DNA from: Candidatus Omnitrophota bacterium | GTDB taxonomy: Bacteria; Omnitrophota; Gorgyraeia; Zapsychrales; JANLHA01 | NCBI GenBank assembly: GCA_023247795.1 | Contig: JAHFFT010000004.1 | Coordinates: 9,739 to 73,738 of the forward strand | DNA length: 64,000 nt | Reading direction: 5' to 3' | In this document: positions 56,967 to 64,000 of the stretch, piece after piece | How the letters are laid out: the number at the start of each line of letters is the position of its first letter | Numbering within the stretch: the stretch's first letter is position 1 | Notes under the pieces: generated by a model | What the model saw: the letters and a program-made list of their open reading frames with translations, nothing else | Told to the model about the DNA's origin: nothing | The model's database searches: none | Program-made: the position numbers and the translations under genes

Positions 56967-59900
56967 TTAAAAATTCAATTGGGCCCTCAAGGACACATCG
57001 AGCGAACGCTCGTCATGCCCATTTCCAAGCAAGGTATCAATAGCTAAAAGCTTATCCGCCTGTCCGCCGATCTGAAACTGACAACTGTTTTTAAAATAAG
57101 TGCTTTGGGTGATATCATTCAAAAAAATAGCGCTGGTCAAACGGACTTTCTTGTTCAAGTTAGCTCCAACTGAGACATATTTCTCAACGGTCTCTCGGAT
57201 GCCAGCATTGTCCCAGCTAGACAATCCGGTAGAAATATCGAATCGATGTGCCCCAACCTGGCGCTCAATGCTTGTTCCGATGATATCGGTCAAGTTGTCT
57301 AAATTCTGCTCCCAGAAAAATCGTGATTGAAAACCCAAAAATTTGCTTTCTGAAAAATATTTTAAAAATTGAAAATCCCCGAACTCTTTTCCTTCCATCT
57401 CAAGACCCAATTTGAAATTTTTCAATAGCGTGACGCTAGGGCGCAAGGCGATAAGTTCATTGATGTCCTTGCCTATCTCGAGCTGGACATCCTGACCGAA
57501 AGGATCGAGATGAATGCCAGAACGGACATCGGTCGCGTAATTTATGGGCTTATAAAAATCCAATGGGCCCTTCAGCCCATCAATCCCTTGGAATTCAACT
57601 TCAAATTCATGATTCACCAACCCTAAGGGGACATAGGGCATCAAATCCACGTCGGTATACCAAAATTCGCCCGGAGATTTGACCGATCCCCCAAGAATGA
57701 TCCCGGGGATCACAACGCTATTATCCTCCTCTTTAAAACTGCCTTCATAACCAATTTCCGTTTTCCGAAAGGGAACAAAATCCTTTTCCGCGGCCGTTAG
57801 GTTAAGGTCTTGCCCCAATGTGTTTTTTTTACGAACATCGTAACTCAAAAGCGATGGATTGAATTGATTGACAGAAAAAGGGGACTGATAACCGTCCCGC
57901 ACGCTCAATAACATGTCGTCATAAAATCGGTAGGCGTAGGCCAATCCTTTGATTTGCACATCAAAACTGCTGGAATCAAAAAGACGGTCTTTGAAATACG
58001 CGTAATACCGATCCGCGGGCGATGTCATATTGAGCGCGGTACGGGAATATTTATCCAAGACCGGGACATTGACGTCAATGATTCCGCTGTCATAACCCAA
58101 AAAGAGATTTTCCGCCCCCAAAATTCGCCGGGAAGAAGATTCATTAAACTGGACCTGAGATGGGGCCCATAAATGATCAACGCCTGAGAAGCTGTTCGAG
58201 GCTGTACTAGGTTCAAGGATGGACATCCCCATATCGTACAACAGCACCCGTTCTTTCTGCTGCAACGCGTCTTCTAAGTTCCGATCCAACATCCCCTCAA
58301 GAAACAGATAAAGCTGCTGCGAATCATCGGCGTTGATGATACGAATAAGGTCTTCATCGGTCAGACTGAATTCACCAACATCCCAAGCCAATGACAATAG
58401 AAGATTGTTCCATTTGGGATCGCTGAATTTGAGTCGTCCTTTGGCCAGTTCGCGAGGATTAAAATCAATCTCTTCCAAAACAGAACGGATCGCGTCGTCC
58501 CGCGCGGCGATCGTAAAATCAAATTCGCCATTCTTGATCTGATCAACATCTTCTTGAACAATCTGCTTGATATCGTCGAGCGGGGCCGTATGGACCTTCA
58601 TGATATAGCTCTGATCGGTGTTCAAGCTCAAGACATTCGCGAGTTGATCAAAACGCAGATTCGTATGATCGAGATTCAACGCAAAGAAATCGTTCTTATA
58701 ATTCGCGATGTTAATGGGCATCGTGTTATTTCGGGGAGCGTCCATCTGCAAATGCAGCCGGTTGTCATTGGAATCAAATTTGACATATCCATCGCGGGAG
58801 ATATCAAGCACCAGACGATAACCATTCATCTCAGCATGAAAAGCCCGCTCTTGGCTGTCGAATGCCAGGTGATTCTCATCCGCCGTGCCCCAATGAAAAT
58901 CAAAATCCAAATCAGCGCCAAACTCTCTTTCGAGAACATCAAGGGCCCCGTTCAGATCCCCGTGGATGAAATCATTGATTTCAGAATTATCCAATAAAAT
59001 CTTTTCTCCATCGGATTTGGTCAACAACAATTCTCTTTGCGTTTCTCCATTGACCGACTGCTCATGATAAGAAAACTCTTTTTCGTTCATCTTGCCATAG
59101 ACCTTAAACAACCCTTTACCTTTCTCAAAGAAGAGCGATCCGTTCAATTCCTCGCCGAACAAGGTCAGATATCCCTGCAGCATTTCTTTATCGTGTTGGA
59201 TCTTTTCAAATTGGAATTGCTGATTATCCCATATAGTCCCGGCTCCTTTAAGAACGTCACCGTATTTTTCCAAAGAAAATTGCGCGATGTCCTTATCCAG
59301 CAAACTCGTCTGCAATACAAAACTTTTTTTGTTGGCAATAGGATCAAAATCCTTCTTTAAAGTAAGAAGTCCTTTGCCCAAATCTAATAAATGTCCTGAG
59401 TCAATGCCTGAAGATAAAGCTTCCCCTTGGCTGGGCAGCGCGGGATGCCCCTCGCTGTCTGACGTCCACGGCTCATCGATCTTCAGCATTCCTTTGGATG
59501 GAATAATTCCAGCCGAAACTTCTTCCATCCCCGTTCGAAAAAAGGAGGCGTCGAGATATTGGGACAAACTTTGAAGATGGTCTGCCCAGCCTCCTATCCC
59601 TTGATCCATCATTGTGTCGAAAGACTCTTTGATTGAAGTTTGATCCGGCAAGACAATGGATAGGTTCACCGACGGCCGAGCGTCATCAATCATCGACAGG
59701 AACTGCTGGCTCTCGAAACCTTTGAATAAACTTTTGGGATTGAAAGAAATGGCGTCGAGCTTTCGAGTTGCCTTATTGTAACGATAGGCCAATACCTGAT
59801 CATTCTGATAACGCCCATAATAAATCTTGTCGTCGCTAAAAATATTGATCTGCCTTTGCTCACGCCCGCGGCTGTAAATCCCTGTCAAGAACGGAGCGTC

Positions 59901-61595
59901 CTCGCGAGTCAAAAACAACGCGGATAGACCGCTGCGCAGAGAAATGGCATCGAGCTTGCCATGCGGGGTTGCTAAAGCAATGCTGCGGCCATTGTCATTC
60001 TTAATAAAATTGATAAAATCCTTCCTCCCGGTTTCTCTATTGGCATAGCTTGCCCCGTACCGACTGGATTGAGCAAATGCTGAAATGCCTTCCGACGAAG
60101 AATTGATGGAAACGGTCCCCTCGTGGTCTTTATATGCGAGGTTTAGATTTTTATAAGCTTGCTCGCCGCGGTCATACTGGCTCAAATAAAAATGATTTTC
60201 ATCCAAACTCGCGTATAGATATTTAGCATAAGTCCCCAAGCTCAAATGGCTTTGCCCGCCGGAATTCCCGCCGGTCAGGTATTGATATTGTCCACTCTTC
60301 CGGTCGTGATGTGCCAGATACACGTTCCCCTTCTGATAGGCTCCATAGAGTGTGTCCTTCAAGAATGAAGAACTGGCGGTCATCCGACCCTGGTTCTGAT
60401 AAAAATTGAAAAATTTAAAACTTTTATAATCTTTGTCCGTCACATAACCCAATAAAGAATTTTGATCCTGCCGCAAATAAAATCGCTCGTTCTCCCCGTC
60501 AGCACTGATCTGTGTCCGCGCACCATCATGACGAACGTCGACATCCATAAACACATCATTGATTTTCTGAAGACCCGCATCAACTTTTAACAAAGGATTT
60601 TGCAAGGCCCCTTCGGCTAACGTTGGTATCTCAATCGTTTGCTCCCATTGTTTGTTGTCATAATAATATTTTGGCAACTCTTCGATTTTGTCCGTTATCT
60701 TGTCCCTGTAAAATTCGAGCGACCCCAAATCTTCATAGAGAATTGATTTTGGCAAAAGGGACGTATGAGATCCAACACTCCAATGATCCAATATATCTCG
60801 CGCTTTGTGCCCATCGTCAAAAACATTTTTTTTATAGTGGTTTAAAATATCCTCCTTTTCTCCAATATCAACATCCCCGAGATATGATCTGATTTTCTTT
60901 TCCTGCGAGGTCACAGTCTCTGACAAAAGACCCAATTCTTCTACATCATATTTCCGTAAAAGAGCTCGACGGAAGCCGGGTCGTGAAATATGACCGAACT
61001 TCCTATCGAGTATTGAAAAGCGCGATTTCGCCGAAGAGACCAGAGATTTTACGTCCAGCGGAGTTTCAACGAGGTCCTTCTTACCAGTGACTTGACTGAG
61101 GAAGCGCGGGGTTTTTTGGTAAAAACGAGTGAGATCGATCTTGCCAAGAATAGTATTTTCATCTGTCGACATGGAAAAAAAATCTTTCCCTTGCTCTACC
61201 ATATGCTTAACATTTACGGATGGATCTTTCTGTTCAGCCTGAACGCTTTCCTGATCTTCGGAAGTTTCCACTCTAGCTTTTTCATGAAGCACGGTCTGCA
61301 GGATCCAATAATCGGTCTTTTCCAAAATAAAATCAACCTTAGGTTGGTTCTTTTTCGATGTGGCCTGACCAGAAATCTCCCCATTCGATGTGGTGGCCTG
61401 CCAATATAAATCCCGATCCTGAGACCAAACATTGAGATCGTAATGATGGCCGGCAGAGGCTGGTAAACCGTGAACGGTGATGGAGAGATTGTCAGTGTTG
61501 CCAGAGGCATACGCCGAATGGGCTTGCGGCGCGCATAATAGCAAACCGAAAATATACCAGAAAAAAAAATTTCGTAAAAAAAGCATCCCATTCAT
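56967..61595 (-). CDS. Giant secreted protein (1542 aa) of unknown function with an OMP-like C-terminus.
   Basis: Signal peptide MNGMLFLRNFFFWYIFGLLLCAPQAHSAYA. Aromatic-rich beta-type composition throughout. The C-terminus is …SLDVSLRAQLNF (terminal Phe, alternating hydrophobic residues). There are no recognisable enzymatic motifs. Confidence 0.6.
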   Translation of the reverse strand: MNGMLFLRNFFFWYIFGLLLCAPQAHSAYASGNTDNLSITVHGLPASAGHHYDLNVWSQDRDLYWQATTSNGEISGQATSKKNQPKVDFILEKTDYWILQTVLHEKARVETSEDQESVQAEQKDPSVNVKHMVEQGKDFFSMSTDENTILGKIDLTRFYQKTPRFLSQVTGKKDLVETPLDVKSLVSSAKSRFSILDRKFGHISRPGFRRALLRKYDVEELGLLSETVTSQEKKIRSYLGDVDIGEKEDILNHYKKNVFDDGHKARDILDHWSVGSHTSLLPKSILYEDLGSLEFYRDKITDKIEELPKYYYDNKQWEQTIEIPTLAEGALQNPLLKVDAGLQKINDVFMDVDVRHDGARTQISADGENERFYLRQDQNSLLGYVTDKDYKSFKFFNFYQNQGRMTASSSFLKDTLYGAYQKGNVYLAHHDRKSGQYQYLTGGNSGGQSHLSLGTYAKYLYASLDENHFYLSQYDRGEQAYKNLNLAYKDHEGTVSINSSSEGISAFAQSSRYGASYANRETGRKDFINFIKNDNGRSIALATPHGKLDAISLRSGLSALFLTREDAPFLTGIYSRGREQRQINIFSDDKIYYGRYQNDQVLAYRYNKATRKLDAISFNPKSLFKGFESQQFLSMIDDARPSVNLSIVLPDQTSIKESFDTMMDQGIGGWADHLQSLSQYLDASFFRTGMEEVSAGIIPSKGMLKIDEPWTSDSEGHPALPSQGEALSSGIDSGHLLDLGKGLLTLKKDFDPIANKKSFVLQTSLLDKDIAQFSLEKYGDVLKGAGTIWDNQQFQFEKIQHDKEMLQGYLTLFGEELNGSLFFEKGKGLFKVYGKMNEKEFSYHEQSVNGETQRELLLTKSDGEKILLDNSEINDFIHGDLNGALDVLEREFGADLDFDFHWGTADENHLAFDSQERAFHAEMNGYRLVLDISRDGYVKFDSNDNRLHLQMDAPRNNTMPINIANYKNDFFALNLDHTNLRFDQLANVLSLNTDQSYIMKVHTAPLDDIKQIVQEDVDQIKNGEFDFTIAARDDAIRSVLEEIDFNPRELAKGRLKFSDPKWNNLLLSLAWDVGEFSLTDEDLIRIINADDSQQLYLFLEGMLDRNLEDALQQKERVLLYDMGMSILEPSTASNSFSGVDHLWAPSQVQFNESSSRRILGAENLFLGYDSGIIDVNVPVLDKYSRTALNMTSPADRYYAYFKDRLFDSSSFDVQIKGLAYAYRFYDDMLLSVRDGYQSPFSVNQFNPSLLSYDVRKKNTLGQDLNLTAAEKDFVPFRKTEIGYEGSFKEEDNSVVIPGIILGGSVKSPGEFWYTDVDLMPYVPLGLVNHEFEVEFQGIDGLKGPLDFYKPINYATDVRSGIHLDPFGQDVQLEIGKDINELIALRPSVTLLKNFKLGLEMEGKEFGDFQFLKYFSESKFLGFQSRFFWEQNLDNLTDIIGTSIERQVGAHRFDISTGLSSWDNAGIRETVEKYVSVGANLNKKVRLTSAIFLNDITQSTYFKNSCQFQIGGQADKLLAIDTLLGNGHDERSLDVSLRAQLNF

Positions 61596-61800
61596 TGGTC
61601 ATTTTCCCAATTCTTGGACAAGTGATTAGGATTACCCCTTTTGATAAAAACGATGAAAATTGATGAGAGAAAAAGGAGGAATCAAATTAGAAACATGAAG
61701 TAAGTATATAGTGCTGAGGAGGGAATTGCAAGAAAATTACATTACGAACATAACTATTTATAAATAAATAACTTACAAGCTTTTAAACATGTTATCAACA

Positions 61801-61812
61801 GGGGACTGTCCC
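61801..61812. repeat. REP-like palindrome GGGGACTGTCCC abutting the epimerase stop codon.
   Basis: GGGAC-T-GTCCC is a perfect dyad; the stop TAG (61812-14) shares its last nucleotide. Confidence 0.5.
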
Positions 61813-62762
61813 TAAATATTTGTCAATGCCGTGTGCAAGGAGCGCTCTCGACCAAGGACGGTAAAGGCCTTGATCAATTCCTCAATTCCTGCGGCTAAGG
61901 AAACTCGCGGTTTGAAACCGGCCTTTTCAATCTTTGCGTTGCTGACAATGTAATCGCGTTGGTCCGGGTCTTTGCCGGTCTTGGACTCACGGATCTCTAA
62001 ATCAGGGACAAATTTTTTGATCTGCTGACATAACTCAAGCTTGCTTAAGTTGGCGTCGCTCAACCCCACATTGTAAGCCTGATCTTTCATCTTTTTAAAA
62101 TTCTTCAACCCCAAAAGGAAGGCAGCGGAAATGTCCCGCACATGGATGTAATTGCGCATGAAATGCGCCTCAAACAATTCAATTCGTTTTTCAAACAGCG
62201 CCCGATAGGTAAAATCATTGACCAACAAATCCAAACGCATGCGCGGACTGACACCAAAGACCGTTGCCAATCTTAAGGTGATGCTCCCGCCCGCCTGCAA
62301 AAGCAACTCTTCCGCCTGCACCTTAAGCCGGCCGTAAAGTGAGACCGGTCGTAAGGGGGTGTCCTCAGTACAAAATTTCCCCTTTTCTCCGACTCCATAA
62401 CCACTGTTGGTCGTCGGATAAATGATGATTTGCTGCTTTGATCGTAGCTTGAGGATCAATTGCACAGCATCAATAATAACGCTTTTAGCTTTTTGGGGGT
62501 CTTTATCGCACAATGGGGCCCCGGTCAGACAGGCCAGAGGAAAAATAGCGTCGACATTTCTAAGCAAAGGGGCTAAAACTTTTGCATCACCAGCATCACC
62601 GCGAATGATGCGTAGACGCTGATCATGACAGCAATCCAAAAGCGAATTTTGCTGATACATGAAATTATCAAGCACCGTGACCTCATGCCCCGCTTGCAAT
62701 AACGTTGGTGTTAGGACCGCACCTATGTATCCAGCCCCACCGGTGATTAAGATTTTCATCAT
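61812..62762 (-). CDS. NAD-dependent epimerase/dehydratase (extended SDR).
   Basis: ILITGGAGYIG Rossmann motif and the YxxxK catalytic dyad. Confidence 0.8.
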   Translation of the reverse strand: MMKILITGGAGYIGAVLTPTLLQAGHEVTVLDNFMYQQNSLLDCCHDQRLRIIRGDAGDAKVLAPLLRNVDAIFPLACLTGAPLCDKDPQKAKSVIIDAVQLILKLRSKQQIIIYPTTNSGYGVGEKGKFCTEDTPLRPVSLYGRLKVQAEELLLQAGGSITLRLATVFGVSPRMRLDLLVNDFTYRALFEKRIELFEAHFMRNYIHVRDISAAFLLGLKNFKKMKDQAYNVGLSDANLSKLELCQQIKKFVPDLEIRESKTGKDPDQRDYIVSNAKIEKAGFKPRVSLAAGIEELIKAFTVLGRERSLHTALTNI

Positions 62763-62879
62763 TGAACTCACAGTCAGAATTATTACCAGGGCCCCAGAAA
62801 CCCTGCGACCCAGAAACTCATGATAACTCTCCTAAAACTGGGACTCTGGGCAACTGGCGCGCTGGGGAACTTTCCCTGT

Positions 62880-63800
62880 TCACTTTTTTAACCATTCATA
62901 TGTTCTTTCAATGCCCTCGGGCAAAGACACCTTTGACCGCCAACCCAAGCCATGAATCTTACGGCTATCCAATAATTTTTGATAAACTCCATCCGATTTG
63001 GTCGGATCAAATTCCAGGTGTCCACGAAAACCGGTAACCCGCGCAATGGTTTGCGCCAATTCCAGAATAGAGACATCAGCCCCGTATCCTACGTTCATGA
63101 TATCCTGCCCGTCATACCGCTCCATTAAAAATAAGCACGCCTCCACAAAATCCTCGCTGAACAGGAATTCTCGTCGTGGACGGCCGCTGCCCCAGACCGT
63201 TACCGCATCCTTATCTCCTTTAACCGCCTCTGAAAACTTCTGCAACAAAGCACCCAAGACATGCGCCTTTTGCGGATCCGTGTCACTACCTGGCCCATAA
63301 ACCGTGGCGGGAATCATCACGATCGCGTTAAAACCATACTGCTGACGATACGCCTGACACTGTTTGATGCCAGCCAATTTTGCCAAAGCATACGGCTCGC
63401 TAGTCTCTTCCAAGGGACCTGTCAGCAAAGATTCTTCCTTGATGGGTTGAGCAGCGTCCTTTGGATAAACACAGGAACTCCCTATGTACAAAAGCTTCTT
63501 GGTTCCATGCCGACGTGCGGCCTCCATGACATTCGCCTGGCTCATCACATTGCAATAGAAAAATTCTCCCGCGTGCTCTTGATTAGCTTGGATGCCTCCC
63601 GAACGGACCGAACCTAAAAATACATACTCCGGCTTTTCTCTTTGAAAAAAATGATCGACCTGTTGTTGGTTCAAGACATCGAGTGGTCTTTCTGAGGAGG
63701 AAAATACTTTTGTGAAACCCCTGCTGCGCAACCCTTCCACCAAAGACCGTTCAAGAACATCTCCATGACCGACAACTAAAATCTTTGATGAATGCTCCAT
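62880..63800 (-). CDS. fcl: GDP-L-fucose synthase (GDP-4-keto-6-deoxymannose 3,5-epimerase/4-reductase).
   Basis: KILVVGHGDV (degenerate GxxGxxG Rossmann, as in Fcl), …SSCVYP…, YALAK. ATG at 63800 is preferred. Confidence 0.8.
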   Translation of the reverse strand: MEHSSKILVVGHGDVLERSLVEGLRSRGFTKVFSSSERPLDVLNQQQVDHFFQREKPEYVFLGSVRSGGIQANQEHAGEFFYCNVMSQANVMEAARRHGTKKLLYIGSSCVYPKDAAQPIKEESLLTGPLEETSEPYALAKLAGIKQCQAYRQQYGFNAIVMIPATVYGPGSDTDPQKAHVLGALLQKFSEAVKGDKDAVTVWGSGRPRREFLFSEDFVEACLFLMERYDGQDIMNVGYGADVSILELAQTIARVTGFRGHLEFDPTKSDGVYQKLLDSRKIHGLGWRSKVSLPEGIERTYEWLKK

Positions 63801-63816
63801 CGATGCCGTGCCCATT

Positions 63817-63999
63817 TCATTTTTCGTTATAAAAATTCCCATGCTCAATCAGCAAGGTTGATTTGCTGTCCTCACGCTCGATGGCATGTTGATAAGCGGG
63901 AAAAATGGCCTCCGGCTCTTCCAATTCAATGACCTCGATCCAGGAAAACATCTTACGAAACCCCTCGGCGTAATTGCCAACGTGCTGATGACCAGGATG
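63817..63999 (-). CDS. 3' end (last 60 codons) of an unidentified upstream gene in the same operon.
   Basis: The minus-strand frame reads …HPGHQHVGNYAEGFRKMFSWIEVIELEEPEAIFPAYQHAIEREDSKSTLLIEHGNFYNEK* and is open to the window edge. It is not recognisably Gmd. Confidence 0.4.
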   Translation of the reverse strand, partial: HPGHQHVGNYAEGFRKMFSWIEVIELEEPEAIFPAYQHAIEREDSKSTLLIEHGNFYNEK

Positions 64000-64000
64000 A

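Noticed and set aside
62880-63999. Calling the partial upstream gene gmd (the usual partner of fcl)
   Set aside because: The visible 60-aa C-terminus (…LIEHGNFYNEK) does not resemble Gmd C-termini as I recall them, so it is left unassigned.

Overview
This is a 64 kb bacterial chromosomal window that is almost entirely co-directional. About 58 of 59 predicted genes lie on the minus strand; the only plus-strand gene is a large integral-membrane glycosyltransferase-like ORF at 52666-54378. Gene order, given here in window coordinates, not 5'->3' along the coding (minus) strand: (i) a truncated GspE/PilB-family secretion/pilus ATPase whose N-terminal MshEN domain is followed by a separate stand-alone MshEN-domain protein; (ii) a LemA + DUF2207 membrane pair; (iii) the rod-shape cluster mreB-mreC-mreD-mrdA(PBP2)-rodA; (iv) housekeeping genes aroA, an RluA/RluD-type pseudouridine synthase, lspA, a Cys-poor DksA/TraR paralog, ileS, mtnP, proC and yggS; (v) an accessory islet with a signal-peptide-bearing cysteine-rich protein built from three near-identical 96-bp (32-aa, 4-Cys) tandem repeats, translationally coupled to a small membrane protein and flanked by lipoproteins and REP-like hairpins; (vi) an RsmB/Sun methyltransferase, a DnaQ-like exonuclease, DoxX, and an AddA/AddB-type helicase-nuclease pair with a coupled 236-aa unknown; (vii) a TPR membrane protein, a REC-only response regulator and a CBS-PAS histidine kinase; (viii) TrmH, then a TetR-headed operon encoding an alginate-export-family outer-membrane porin, modA, a di-TOBE molbindin, modB and modC; (ix) gap, fmt, and a priA split by a frameshift in a 7-nt homopolymer and carrying a degenerate Walker A motif; (x) a roughly 19 kb surface-glycan cluster with an MGDG-synthase-like GT28, a GDP-D-glycero-alpha-D-manno-heptose pathway trio (gmhB-like, hddC-like, hddA-like), two DegT-family aminotransferases, GT9/GT2/GT4 transferases, a GT39/83-like membrane protein, a cobalamin-binding radical SAM enzyme, a 1542-aa secreted giant protein ending in an OMP-like C-terminal Phe, an NAD-dependent epimerase, fcl, and a partial upstream gene. 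Two families of short palindromic (REP-like) elements recur at gene 3' ends: GGGGAC-N-GTCCCC hairpins and a TTCAACCCCCGGGGTTGG palindrome that encodes the C-terminal residues of two proteins. A DUF559 endonuclease remnant sits between G-rich inverted repeats. No rRNA, tRNA or CRISPR array was recognised by eye. All calls come from reading the supplied translations and the DNA; no database search was run.
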